Counted from the stretch's first letter, positions 50,557 through 60,521 are shown. The stretch: 64,000 nucleotides of DNA from Dehalococcoidia bacterium (GCA_030612025.1 JAUWOR010000001.1:64001-128000), one strand, 5' to 3'. The notes: a model not told the origin generated them from the letters alone. Numbers and translations: made by a program.

Positions 50557-50991
50557 ATGGAAACCATCATTCTGGGAATAGGGAATGTCCTATTGAAGGA
50601 CGAGGGAGTGGGGTGCCATGTCGCCCACGCTTTGGAGAAAATTCCCCTTCCCAATACAAAGGTGATAGATGGCGGGACATCCCCAAATATATTGTTCCTC
50701 GAGGACGCCGCTAAATTGATTGTAGTGGATGCTGTTAAGGGGGGAGGGGTGCCAGGAGAAGTTTATCGCTTTCGTCTTGATGATATAGCTCTAGAGCAAA
50801 AGCCATTTCTATCCCTTCACGATATAGGCTTAATAGACAATTTGCTGTTAATGAGACTTTTACATAACATAGGCGAGACCATCATTATTGGGGTTGAGCC
50901 CAAAGAGATAGAGTGGAGTTTGGAATTATCGCCTGAGCTTCAAGCGAAGATACCTCGGATAGTGGAGACGATATTAGCAGAACTTAGTTAG
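50557..50991 (+). CDS. Hydrogenase maturation protease
   Basis: LGIGNVLLKDEGVG, IDGGT, VDAV, SLHD. Confidence 0.92.
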   Translation: METIILGIGNVLLKDEGVGCHVAHALEKIPLPNTKVIDGGTSPNILFLEDAAKLIVVDAVKGGGVPGEVYRFRLDDIALEQKPFLSLHDIGLIDNLLLMRLLHNIGETIIIGVEPKEIEWSLELSPELQAKIPRIVETILAELS

Positions 50992-51033
50992 CTGAAAGCT
51001 GTCAGCTGATAGCTATCAGAAAGGAGAGGTGGA

Positions 51034-51684
51034 ATGTTGATTTCAGAGCAAAAACCACTCGAGGAAATTTTGAGTTACCTTGATGGTGAAAGGAATATTT
51101 TTCTCATCGGCTGCAAAGGATGTGCTGAAGGCTGTGAGAGCGGTGGGGAGAAGCAAGTGCTGGAAATGAAGCACACCTTAGAGGGGCAAGGCAAAGCAAT
51201 TAGTGGTTTCTCAATTATCGATATGGTGTGCAATGAGACATTGACCAGGATGAAGTTAAAAACTCACCAGGAGGAGATGAAGGCTGCGGATTCGATTTTG
51301 GTGCTTACCTGTGGTACTGGGGTGCAAACAGTGGCAGGAGCGACAGATAAAGTTGTACATCCTGGCTGTAATACCTTATCCTCTGGCGGTGCCCATGCTG
51401 AATGGAAGGAAGCAGAGCGCTGTCTTGAGTGTGGTGACTGCGTGTTGGAATTCACCGGTGGCATCTGTCCCATTGCCAGATGCTCCAAGCATTTGCTTAA
51501 CGGCCCTTGTGGCGGCTCGCAAGGAGGCAAGTGTGAGGTTGATCCGAGCATTCCCTGCGCTTGGCAATTGATTATTGAGAGGTTAACTAAATTAGGGCAA
51601 CTTGACAAGCTGGAGAAGATTGTGGCACCGAAAAACTGGAGTGTAAGCCTTATTGCCGGTCCACCAGTAAAAAGGGGGCTCTAA
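51034..51684 (+). CDS. metV: Methylene-THF reductase small subunit MetV
   Basis: CLECGDC, GGICPIARCSK.LLNGPCGG, KCEV, CAW. Confidence 0.9.
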   Translation: MLISEQKPLEEILSYLDGERNIFLIGCKGCAEGCESGGEKQVLEMKHTLEGQGKAISGFSIIDMVCNETLTRMKLKTHQEEMKAADSILVLTCGTGVQTVAGATDKVVHPGCNTLSSGGAHAEWKEAERCLECGDCVLEFTGGICPIARCSKHLLNGPCGGSQGGKCEVDPSIPCAWQLIIERLTKLGQLDKLEKIVAPKNWSVSLIAGPPVKRGL

Positions 51685-51709
51685 AAATTCGAAGACTTTT
51701 CAGGATCAA

Positions 51710-51850
51710 AGGGTGTTCAAAAATGTAGTACGAGGCTTTAGCCTCGTGCACGACCCTAAAGGGTCGCACTACGAGAATCTTGGAGGTGAAGAGTATTAAA
51801 ACTGGATGAGACAAATCCAGTTTTGAATCTGAGGCAAAATTAAACAGCCT
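51710..51850 (+). mobile_element. MITE-like element with REP doublet type B
   Basis: 141 nt, located between metV and metF. Confidence 0.8.
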
Positions 51851-51871
51851 CGGGTCAAGTAAGGAGGTAGG

Positions 51872-52789
51872 ATGAAGACCAAGAGCAATTTGGAGAGGGT
51901 GCTTGAAGCTGGGCATTTCGCTGTCACTGGCGAAATAGGACCACCGCCAAGCGCCGACTCTGAGGTGATAAAGAGAAAAGCAAGAATACTCAAAGGTCAT
52001 GTTGATGCCTTTAATGTCACTGATGGTCAAACAGCCGTGGTGCGCATGTCAAGTTGGGCAGCTTGCCTTATAGGAAAAGAAGAAGGCTTAGACCCTATTG
52101 TTCAAATGACTTGTCGGGATAGAAATCGCATTGCCCTTCAGATGGATATATTAGGCGCGGCAGCATTAGGTATAAATAATATCTTGTGCCTCACTGGCGA
52201 CCACCAGAAATTCGGCAATCATCCTATGGCTAAAGGCGTCTTTGACCTCGATTCCATCCAATTCCTCAAAGTGGTAAAGGATATGAGGGATGAAAAGAAG
52301 TTCCAGTGTGGTGACGAGATGGCGGTTGAGCCAAACCTCTTCACAGGGGCAGCTGCCAATCCCTTCGCCGATCCCTTCGAGTTTAGAGTAATTCGTCTTG
52401 CCAAGAAAGTAGCCGCAGGGGCGGATTTCATTCAAACTCAGATCGTCTACAATATGGATAAGTTTGCCGAGTGGATGAAGCGCGTGCGCGATAGGGGATT
52501 ACATGAGAAGGTAAAAATCCTTGCCGGGGTTGCTCCGATAAAATCAGTAGGCGCGGCAAGGTATATGAAGACCAAAGTTCCTGGGATGGATGTCCCTGAT
52601 AGCATTATTGAACGCCTCCGTGGTGTGCCCAAAGAGCGAGTCTCAAAGGAAGGGATTAAGCTCTGTGTTGATATTATCAATCAGGTGCGCCAGATCGAAG
52701 GTGTAGCTGGTATTCATCTCATGGCTATTGAGTGGGAGGAGACTGTGCCTGAGATAATAGAGGCAGCGGGCCTTCTACCCCGCCCTTAA
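51872..52789 (+). CDS. metF: Methylene-THF reductase MetF
   Basis: NVTD, TCRDRNRIALQ, LTGD, ADFIQTQ, GIHLM. Confidence 0.93.
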   Translation: MKTKSNLERVLEAGHFAVTGEIGPPPSADSEVIKRKARILKGHVDAFNVTDGQTAVVRMSSWAACLIGKEEGLDPIVQMTCRDRNRIALQMDILGAAALGINNILCLTGDHQKFGNHPMAKGVFDLDSIQFLKVVKDMRDEKKFQCGDEMAVEPNLFTGAAANPFADPFEFRVIRLAKKVAAGADFIQTQIVYNMDKFAEWMKRVRDRGLHEKVKILAGVAPIKSVGAARYMKTKVPGMDVPDSIIERLRGVPKERVSKEGIKLCVDIINQVRQIEGVAGIHLMAIEWEETVPEIIEAAGLLPRP

Positions 52790-53118
52790 TCTGGGCATAA
52801 ATGAAAAGCCCCCATTTATCATTTCAAATATGCCAGAGCAAGCTCACGAGCTTGCCTGTGAACAGTTGGCAAGTATAGATATAGAAGAGATATACAGCAA
52901 AACTGGTGCCCAATATATCATTTCGAGGAGCGAAGCGCCGGATGCCAGGAGTTGCTAGCCACTTTCCGGTGTTTTCCCAAAAGGCTATAAGGTCCTTTTT
53001 AAACCACTTCGGTAGAGAGTCTGAGTTGCTAACAGATGCTGCCGCCAAACCGGAGGCCGTAAGGCAAACTAGGCTGATGTATCCGAGAGCATTAACGCCT
53101 TCCACCAAGTACCTGTAA

Positions 53119-54066
53119 TTATTGCCTCCCCAATTCTTCAAGGGAAGTGCGAGGATAAAGACCACTAGCCTCACAGATCTCTGGAACAACTTCTTCCCAT
53201 TCAATAGCCATGATATGGATACCTGCTACCCCTTCTATTTCCTTCAGACTGTTTATGGTTTCCACGGCAATTTTTATCCCGTCCTTCCGCACTTGCTCCC
53301 TAGTAGTAGCCTTGCGAAGGCGCTCAATGAGCTCATCGGGAACGTCCACCCCAGAAAGCTTTGTCTTCATATATCTCGCTATGGCTACAGATTTTAGTGG
53401 AGTAATACCGGCAAGGATTTTTACTTTCTTGTGCAGTTCCCTCTCCCGAACCATTTCCATCCATCTTTCAAACTTCTTAATGTGATAAACACTTTGAGTT
53501 TGTATAAAGTCCGCCCCGGCAGCAACTTTCTCCCCGAGGCGAATCACTTCGTGCTCCGTGGGCTCGGCAAAGGGGCTTGTTACTGCCCCAATGAAAAGTC
53601 TTGGTTCTCTTCCAGCTATTAACTCCCCATTCTCAAACTTTTTTTCATCCCGGAGTCCTTTGACCATCCTGATAACTTGGATAGAATCGAGGTCGAAAAC
53701 GGATTTTGCCTCAGGGCAATTTCCAAAAGAAACAGGATCACCGGAGAGACAAAGTATGTTATTCACACCAAACGTGGAGATGCCCAAAATGTCCATCTGG
53801 AGAGCAATTCGATTTCTGTCACGACAAGTCATTTGCACTATGGGATCAAGCCCTTCTTGTTTCCCTATAAGGCAGGCTGCCCAGCTTGCCATCGCTACCA
53901 CCGCTGACTCTCCATCCGGAACATTAAAAGCATCAACATAGCCTTTAACAAGATTAGCTTTTTCCCTTATCACCTCGGGTTCCGTATTCCGAGGGGGACC
54001 GATTTGAGCAGTCACGGCAAAATATCCTGCTTCGAGTACCCTTTCTAGGTTGCTTTTCGTCTTCAC
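53119..54066 (-). CDS. metF: Methylene-THF reductase MetF paralogue
   Basis: Same motifs as 51872; Gln replaces Glu in VTA[Q]IGPP. Confidence 0.9.
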   Translation of the reverse strand: MKTKSNLERVLEAGYFAVTAQIGPPRNTEPEVIREKANLVKGYVDAFNVPDGESAVVAMASWAACLIGKQEGLDPIVQMTCRDRNRIALQMDILGISTFGVNNILCLSGDPVSFGNCPEAKSVFDLDSIQVIRMVKGLRDEKKFENGELIAGREPRLFIGAVTSPFAEPTEHEVIRLGEKVAAGADFIQTQSVYHIKKFERWMEMVRERELHKKVKILAGITPLKSVAIARYMKTKLSGVDVPDELIERLRKATTREQVRKDGIKIAVETINSLKEIEGVAGIHIMAIEWEEVVPEICEASGLYPRTSLEELGRQ

Positions 54067-54174
54067 TTTGAACCCTCCAAGAGGGATTTTATCATAGTTT
54101 GCTGAAATTGCTACACCTTGTCACCAGATTTTTGGAAACGACTACACCATCAAGGTCGTTTAGCAACCGCTCCT

Positions 54175-54283
54175 GTCATTCTGAGCGTAGCTAAGAAACT
54201 CACGCCGCTCAGGACAGGCTCCGCGAGGAATCTAGACCATTCGCTAGCCCCTTCTCTGCGCTCAGGGCTTCGGCTCAGGTGAC
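54175..54283. repeat. Compound GTCATT-family repeat
   Basis: GTCATTCTGAGCGTAGC...CTCAGGTGAC. Confidence 0.78.
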
Positions 54284-54311
54284 AAAATAAACGCTCTCAC
54301 ACCATCAATGC

Positions 54312-54340
54312 TTGCAAAAATCTTTAGAAGTACTTATAAT
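54312..54340 (+). promoter_or_regulatory. Sigma70-type promoter of the kinase/hdr operon
   Basis: TTGCAA-17-TATAAT. Confidence 0.75.
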
Positions 54341-54352
54341 GTAAAACCCGAA

Positions 54353-55495
54353 ATGAAAGCAGTAGTCGAATTGGGCTCAGTTAAGGAAATATTAAAGCAT
54401 TCAGACTTGTTCCGGGGGCTGAGCAACGACGAACTGGATAAGTTGCTACCGCTTTGCCGAGAAGAGGTTTATGAAGCCGGGATAGTTATTTTCCCTGAAG
54501 GCACCCCATGCCATACTATGTATATCGTGGAATCAGGCAAGGTGGCTCTGGAAATGAATCTTCACATTAGTCGGGCGGTAGAGGAAAGTGCCACAATTCA
54601 CGTGGTAACTCAAGGTGGCTGCTTGTGTTGTTCAGGGCTCATAGATCCTTATATTCTTACTGCAACGGGCCGGAGTCTTGAGACAACCAAGGTTATTGCT
54701 TTAGACACGGCGGAGCTTAAAGGTTTGTTCGAAAACAACCCTGAAGTGGGATGTAGGACAATGAATAATCTCGCTAAGGTAGTTTCTTCAAGGCTTAAAC
54801 ACGCTAGGGAGACGATGGGACGCATTCTGTCTGTTATTTTCCATGACCTAAAAGCTCCCCTGGCTGCGGTGGAAAGCTATAATCGGCTCTTGCTCGGTGA
54901 GTTTGCCGGAGAATTAAATGAAGAGCAAAAAAACATAGTGCAAAGGAGTAGTAAGAGACTCTCTGAGCTGCTAAATTTAGTGAGTAACATAATTGATTTT
55001 TCCCGAATTGGTTTCGGGGACTTGAGAATGGAGAGAATTTCTCTGGCAAAAGTGATAGAAGATTGCCTTGAAGCTATGCATCCCCTAGCTGAGGGAAAGG
55101 GGTTGCAACTGGTTGCTGAAGTACCCCGAGAGCTTCCGGCTATTCTTGGAGTTCAAGAGCGGCTTAAACAGGTAGTTAGGAATTTGTTATCCAATGCCAT
55201 TAAGTTTACCCCCTCTGGAGGGGTGGTAACGGTTAAAGCAAAGGATGACATAGATTATGTAGAAGTGGAGGTGGCGGATACCGGAATTGGTATTCCAGCC
55301 AAGGAATTACCCAGGATATTTGACGGTTTTTATCGCGGTCTCGACATAGCTGAAAGGGGAGCTGGCTTAGGGCTTTCTATAACCAAGAGCATAGTTGAGG
55401 CTCACCATGGTAGAATATGGGCTGTGAGTCCCTGTCCGGAAAGCGGTAAGGGGAGCAAGTTTACCTTCATTTTGCCCAAGGATTTGAAAAGGTGA
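54353..55495 (+). CDS. cNMP-binding-domain sensor histidine kinase (soluble)
   Basis: LFRGLS..EL; HDLKAPL, NLLSNAIKFT, DTGIG, GAGLGL; start placed after the promoter. Confidence 0.9.
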   Translation: MKAVVELGSVKEILKHSDLFRGLSNDELDKLLPLCREEVYEAGIVIFPEGTPCHTMYIVESGKVALEMNLHISRAVEESATIHVVTQGGCLCCSGLIDPYILTATGRSLETTKVIALDTAELKGLFENNPEVGCRTMNNLAKVVSSRLKHARETMGRILSVIFHDLKAPLAAVESYNRLLLGEFAGELNEEQKNIVQRSSKRLSELLNLVSNIIDFSRIGFGDLRMERISLAKVIEDCLEAMHPLAEGKGLQLVAEVPRELPAILGVQERLKQVVRNLLSNAIKFTPSGGVVTVKAKDDIDYVEVEVADTGIGIPAKELPRIFDGFYRGLDIAERGAGLGLSITKSIVEAHHGRIWAVSPCPESGKGSKFTFILPKDLKR

Positions 55496-55547
55496 GGAGA
55501 AGATTAAATAAGTTGCCCAACTAAAACCAGTCAGCGGAGTAAGGTAG

Positions 55548-55973
55548 ATGGCTAAGATTCTGATAGTAGATGATGACCCTGATATTCGAATAGCAATTAG
55601 TAGTGTGTTAAAGTCACGTTCCTACGAGGTAATTGAAGCTCGTGATGGAGAGGAAGCTCTAACCAGGCTAAAAGAACAAAAACCAGACTTAATGCTCTTA
55701 GATCTCCTGCTGCCAAAGATGGATGGCTTTGCTGTTGTCAAGGAACTGCAGAACACCCAGTGGAGTGAGTATCACAATATGCCCATTTTAATTATAAGCT
55801 CGGTGAGAGAGGAGGCCAGCCAACGCCGCTATGAGTTGGAAACTGGTCATCGACTCGGTGCTGAAGACTATATAGAAAAACCCATCGAGCCATTTGCCTT
55901 ACTTAAGCGCATAAAGAAGCTCTTATCGAAGGGAGGGGAAGATGCAGAAGCAAACCAAAATCCTCGTGATTGA
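55548..55973 (+). CDS. Single-domain response regulator
   Basis: ILIVDDD, LDLLLP.MDG, EKP. Confidence 0.92.
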   Translation: MAKILIVDDDPDIRIAISSVLKSRSYEVIEARDGEEALTRLKEQKPDLMLLDLLLPKMDGFAVVKELQNTQWSEYHNMPILIISSVREEASQRRYELETGHRLGAEDYIEKPIEPFALLKRIKKLLSKGGEDAEANQNPRD

Positions 55974-56349
55974 CGATGACCCTGATTTACAGACAGTAGT
56001 GAAGAGCGTGCTTGAAAGCAAGTCCTATCAGGTGGTTGCTGCGCTTGATGGAAATGAAGGTTTGCGGAAGGTAGTGGATGAAAGGCCTGATTTAATTATC
56101 TTAGACGTGATAATGCCAGGTAAAAGTGGGTTCGAGGTTTGCCGAGAAATCAAGACTGATCCCAAATATTACTTCTTCTCTCACATTCCCGTGCTGATGC
56201 TAACTGTCTATCCTGATGATAGAGAAAAGATGCATCTCTCTATGCGAGAGGGGATGACAATGGAGGCAGAAGACTACCTACACAAGCCCTTCGATCCCAA
56301 AGAACTACTGAATCGAGTGGAGGAATTACTAAAAAAAGAAGCTAAATAG
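55942..56349 (+). CDS. Single-domain response regulator
   Basis: ILVIDDD, LDVIMP, HKPF. Confidence 0.92.
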   Translation: MQKQTKILVIDDDPDLQTVVKSVLESKSYQVVAALDGNEGLRKVVDERPDLIILDVIMPGKSGFEVCREIKTDPKYYFFSHIPVLMLTVYPDDREKMHLSMREGMTMEAEDYLHKPFDPKELLNRVEELLKKEAK

Positions 56350-57593
56350 TGAATAAGTCTACTGTAGTTATTGGCGGTGGCATAAGTGGAATAACTTCAG
56401 CATTAGAATTAGCCAATAGCGGCTTTAGAGTATACTTAATCGAGAGAGAAGCAGCAATTGGAGGGCAAGCTGCTTCTTTTTGTTGTAAAGCAACGGAGGT
56501 TTGCACTAAATGCTCTGTCTGCCTTGTCCCCCAAAGCTTAGCTAAGGTGGCAGTCCACCCTCGAATCTCGATCTTGACCGACTCGATGGTGGCAGGGTTA
56601 AGCGGCGAAATCGGAGATTTTAAGGTCGAGGTGCTTCAAAAGCCTCAATACATTACCCCAGAAAGATGTATCGCTTGCGGAATATGTGCTGAGGTTTGTC
56701 CTACCGAGCCGAAGGCAATCCTTCCACCTTCTCCAGAGGCAATCCCTTATTGTTATGTCATCGATGAAAGGCTATGTCTTCGCCTCAGAGGTGAGAAGTG
56801 CAACCTCTGTCAGGGAATATGTCCCACGGACGCTATAGCCTTTGACCTTAAACCTGAAAGGCAAGAACTGAGTGTCGGCGCAATTATCGTCGCCACCGGC
56901 TTCGAAGTCTTTAACGCCCGAGAAATTGGCTCCCTGGGTTATGGTAGATATCCTAATGTCTTGACTGGCCTCGACCTGGAGAGGATTTTTAATCGTGAGG
57001 GCTATCTTAAACTTCCCACAAATGGAAAGGAGCCAAAAAACATTGCCTTCGTCCAATGTGTCGGCTCCAGAGACGAAAGTCATGGCTATTGCTCCCAGGT
57101 ATGCTGTAAGTACGCCATGAGGTTCGCTCGGCTTATTAAGTATCAAAATCCTGATGCCCAGGTGACTATCTTCTATATTGATCTTCAGACTGCCGGGAAG
57201 GGTTTTGCCCAGTTTTATCAGGAGTGTCGGGAAAGTATTCGATTTATCCGAGGAGTACCAGTTGAAATTTTACAGACCCCCTCCAGCGAACTTGAAGTGA
57301 GGTTTGAGAATATTTCAGAAGGAAAGGTTGAACGAGAAACCTTTGACCTGGTAACCCTTTCGGTAGGCATCGCCCCTAGGAAAGATTCCTGGGATTTGGC
57401 CAGGATTTTGGGAATAAATTTAGCAGACTATGGCTTCTTCGATACTAAGGAGCCTTTTAATTCCGTAGAGACCAATGTCGAGGGGATTTTCCTCGCCGGA
57501 ACTTGTCAAGGTCCCAAAGATATCCCTGATTCGATCGCTCATGGAATAGCAGCGGCAGAGAGGGTGATGGAGGTTTTAGAAAAATGCCAGTAA
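56349..57593 (+). CDS. hdrA: HdrA-like flavo-iron-sulfur protein
   Basis: GGGISG, two ferredoxin motifs, QCVGSRD, CSQVCC, GPKDI. Confidence 0.88.
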   Translation: MNKSTVVIGGGISGITSALELANSGFRVYLIEREAAIGGQAASFCCKATEVCTKCSVCLVPQSLAKVAVHPRISILTDSMVAGLSGEIGDFKVEVLQKPQYITPERCIACGICAEVCPTEPKAILPPSPEAIPYCYVIDERLCLRLRGEKCNLCQGICPTDAIAFDLKPERQELSVGAIIVATGFEVFNAREIGSLGYGRYPNVLTGLDLERIFNREGYLKLPTNGKEPKNIAFVQCVGSRDESHGYCSQVCCKYAMRFARLIKYQNPDAQVTIFYIDLQTAGKGFAQFYQECRESIRFIRGVPVEILQTPSSELEVRFENISEGKVERETFDLVTLSVGIAPRKDSWDLARILGINLADYGFFDTKEPFNSVETNVEGIFLAGTCQGPKDIPDSIAHGIAAAERVMEVLEKCQ

Positions 57594-59227
57594 AGCTAGG
57601 CATTTTCCTCTGCGATTGTGGAGGAAGTCTAAAGAATATAAATTCCCCCAAAATTAGGGAAGATTTAGGGAAACTCGAAGACGTCGCCTTTGTAGACATA
57701 AGCCATAATCTATGCCTCGAAGAAGGAGAGAAGGCGATAGCTTCAAGAATCCTGAGGGAAAACGTAAATAGAGTAGTAATCGCTGCTTGCTCACCAGAGT
57801 TATGTGAGGATAAATTTATGAGGCTTCTAGAAGGACTTGGGCTTAACCCTGATCTTCTTTCCATAGCAAATATAAGGGAGCAATGTTCCTGGGCTCATGA
57901 AGGGGATGTTACCGAGAAGGCGTTGGAACTCATAAGAATGGCTATAAATAAAGCTCGGTTGCTTCAGGGTGTGGAAAGAGGGCAGGTTCCAGTAAACAAA
58001 GAGGTTCTCGTGGTAGGCGGAGGATTCTCTGGGATGAAATCATCTCTTGAACTTTCCCAGCTTGGCATTAGGACAACTATAGTGGAAAGAGCGTCAACTT
58101 TGGGAGGGAAGCTTAAGGGGCTAGAAGGGTTTTACGGACTCAAGACAAGCCCGAATGAGATGTTTGGCTCGATGACAAGGGTGATAGAGGAAGATGAAAA
58201 CATCGAAGTTTTTACTTCTGCTGAGGTAGCAAGGGTGCAAGGGGAAGTAGGGGATTTCGCCGTAAGGATAAGAAGCGGGGAAAAGGAATCCTCCCAAAGC
58301 TTTGGGGCTATCATCTTTGCTACCGGATATAGAACTGAAATCTTACCTCAAGATTTTGAGCTTAAGCCCGGTGGTAACATTATCTCGCAGCAAAGGCTTG
58401 TCGAGATGCTTCAAGCTCCAGAGAAGTTAGCACGAAGACCCGAAACTATAGGTTTTGCCCTTGATTTCTCCGATGAAAATTCTCGTCTTCCTACGCTCTC
58501 CGCTCTGAAGAATGCTTTGGCAGTCAAAGACAAGCTAGGGAGCGAAGTCTACGTGTTCTGTAAGAATCTGAAGGTGGATAGTGAAGGGGCGGAGAAGCTT
58601 TACCGAGAAGCGAGGGACCGGGGAGTAGTGTTTTTGAAATTTGAAGAAAAACCACGGATATATGGGGAGGATAGTCGAATAAAGGTCGAGGCAAGGGATG
58701 TTCTTCTAGGTGAGGAGGTAACGCTCCTCTGTGACCTCTTGGTGGCTGAGGAAAAAGCTTTGCCCCCTGAAGGAACCAAAGCCCTAAGTTCTATGCTAAA
58801 CATAGAAACCGACTCCCAGGGTTTTTATCAAGACGAAAATGTGCATCTTTATCCCGTGGCATCAGGCAGGAAAGGGGTGTTTTTTGTTGGGGGTTGTCGA
58901 GGGAGCTTAGATCTCGGCCGAGCTTCAACCGATATCGCATCTGCTGTTGGGAGCGTTCATGAGCTTTTATCATCAGGGGAGGCAATGGTGGAGGTGGAGA
59001 AAGTGAAGGCGGATAGTCAAAAGTGCCGAGCCTGCCTCACTTGCATCCGCGTTTGCCCCCATGAAGCAATTCGGCTAGTCCGAGTGGACAGCGAAAGGTG
59101 GGTGGCCAAAATCTATGACCTTGCCTGCGATGGATGCGGTATTTGTGCCGCTATTTGCCCAGCAACGGCGATAAAGTTTGAAGGTTATAGTGATGAGCAA
59201 ATCCTGGCCGAAGTCGAGGCAATATAA
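57584..59227 (+). CDS. hdrA: HdrA-like flavo-iron-sulfur protein (second module)
   Basis: CDCG, AACSP, NIREQCSWAH, GGGFSG, C-terminal 2x[4Fe-4S]. Confidence 0.85.
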   Translation: MPVKLGIFLCDCGGSLKNINSPKIREDLGKLEDVAFVDISHNLCLEEGEKAIASRILRENVNRVVIAACSPELCEDKFMRLLEGLGLNPDLLSIANIREQCSWAHEGDVTEKALELIRMAINKARLLQGVERGQVPVNKEVLVVGGGFSGMKSSLELSQLGIRTTIVERASTLGGKLKGLEGFYGLKTSPNEMFGSMTRVIEEDENIEVFTSAEVARVQGEVGDFAVRIRSGEKESSQSFGAIIFATGYRTEILPQDFELKPGGNIISQQRLVEMLQAPEKLARRPETIGFALDFSDENSRLPTLSALKNALAVKDKLGSEVYVFCKNLKVDSEGAEKLYREARDRGVVFLKFEEKPRIYGEDSRIKVEARDVLLGEEVTLLCDLLVAEEKALPPEGTKALSSMLNIETDSQGFYQDENVHLYPVASGRKGVFFVGGCRGSLDLGRASTDIASAVGSVHELLSSGEAMVEVEKVKADSQKCRACLTCIRVCPHEAIRLVRVDSERWVAKIYDLACDGCGICAAICPATAIKFEGYSDEQILAEVEAI

Positions 59228-59235
59228 TATATGGA

Positions 59236-59412
59236 GAAGCACTAAATACTAATAGAAAATCAAAAGGCAAAAGTAAAAATGCAAACTGACAAAGCAAAAT
59301 TTAAAAATCAGTTTAATAAAGCCTTTTTGCTTTTTTGAATTGTAATTTTGATTTTTTATCTTTGATTTTTGATATTGTTAGAATTTGCTTAGAGATTAGA
59401 ATTTAGGATTTA
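59236..59412. repeat. Nested inverted AT-rich heptamer arrays
   Basis: AAAATC/AAAAGGC units mirrored by TTTTGA units, flanked by CTAAAT/TTTAG units. Confidence 0.6.
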
Positions 59413-59422
59413 ACTTAAAGGT

Positions 59423-59815
59423 ATGACCAGAGAAAATAAAAAAATTATCGCTTTTTGCTGCGCTGAGTCAGCATATCGGGCAGCCAATAGAGCCGGGAGG
59501 CTCAGGATTCGCTACCCAGATAATGTAAGAGTCATTCGGGTCCCTTGTGCTGGAAGGGTGAGCGTGCTTCACATTCTCAAAGCTTTTGAAAAGGGCGCCG
59601 CTGGAGTGCTGGTGATGGGCTGTCAGGAAGGCGCTTGTCGCCATCTAACGGGCAACATTAGGGCAAAGGAAAGGGTAAAGTATGCCAAAGACTTGCTCAA
59701 AGAAGTAGGAATAAATGGACAGCGAGTAAAAATGGTCAATTTCGGCCCTGACATGGCTCAAAAATTCGCCCGTGAGATCGAGGAGATGGTGGAAAAAATT
59801 CACCCTGTGAAATAA
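59423..59815 (+). CDS. mvhD: MvhD/FlpD family [2Fe-2S] protein
   Basis: AFCC, RVPCAGRV, GCQEGACRH..GN. Confidence 0.9.
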   Translation: MTRENKKIIAFCCAESAYRAANRAGRLRIRYPDNVRVIRVPCAGRVSVLHILKAFEKGAAGVLVMGCQEGACRHLTGNIRAKERVKYAKDLLKEVGINGQRVKMVNFGPDMAQKFAREIEEMVEKIHPVK

Positions 59816-59840
59816 TATTTCACGGGGTAAAGGAGGAAAA

Positions 59841-60503
59841 ATGATAATCGCCGCAAGGAAGCCTTTGGAGGAAATTAGAAATATGCTTGCTGGGTATAAA
59901 AGGATTCTGGTGGTGGGGTGTGGAACCTGTGTCACCATATGTTGGGCCGGTGGAGAGAAAGAGGTGGGAATACTTTCTTCCCAGCTTAGGCTTGCCTCAA
60001 GCAAAGATGGAAATGAACTTTCTGTCATGGAAGCGGTAGTCGAAAGACAATGCGAAAAAGAGATGGTGATTGAAGAACTTGGAGATAAAGTGCCCGGAGT
60101 GGAAGCGATTCTCTCTATGGGCTGTGGGGTTGGAGTGCAAACGATAGCTGAGGTATTTGAGGAAAAGCCCATCTTCCCAGCGCTTAACACCACATTCATG
60201 GGAATGCCCGAGGCAGAAGGAGTTTGGACTGAGAAATGTGGGGCTTGCGGAGATTGTCTGCTTTATTGGACTGGAGGGATCTGTCCGGTTGTACGCTGCG
60301 CTAAAGGGCTCCTCAACGGGCCTTGTGGTGGCACAAGGAAGGGTGGGAAATGCGAAATAGACCCAGAAAAGGATTGTGCCTGGGTTCTTATCTACCGAAG
60401 ACTGGAAAAACAGGGAAGGCTCAATCTGATGAGGAAGTATTATGAGCCTAAGAACTACCGGGCAGTGAAAAGGCCCGGGAAGATTGAAGCCTTGGAGGCT
60501 TAA
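59841..60503 (+). CDS. metV: Methylene-THF reductase small subunit MetV
   Basis: GCGTCVT.C.AGG, CGACGDC, GGICP..RCAK.LLNGPCGG. Confidence 0.92.
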   Translation: MIIAARKPLEEIRNMLAGYKRILVVGCGTCVTICWAGGEKEVGILSSQLRLASSKDGNELSVMEAVVERQCEKEMVIEELGDKVPGVEAILSMGCGVGVQTIAEVFEEKPIFPALNTTFMGMPEAEGVWTEKCGACGDCLLYWTGGICPVVRCAKGLLNGPCGGTRKGGKCEIDPEKDCAWVLIYRRLEKQGRLNLMRKYYEPKNYRAVKRPGKIEALEA

Positions 60504-60521
60504 ATCATAGGGGGTGCAAAA

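Noticed and set aside
52824-53204. 126-aa and 70-aa ORFs between the convergent metF genes
   Set aside because: They overlap metF and a repeat fragment and show no recognisable motif.
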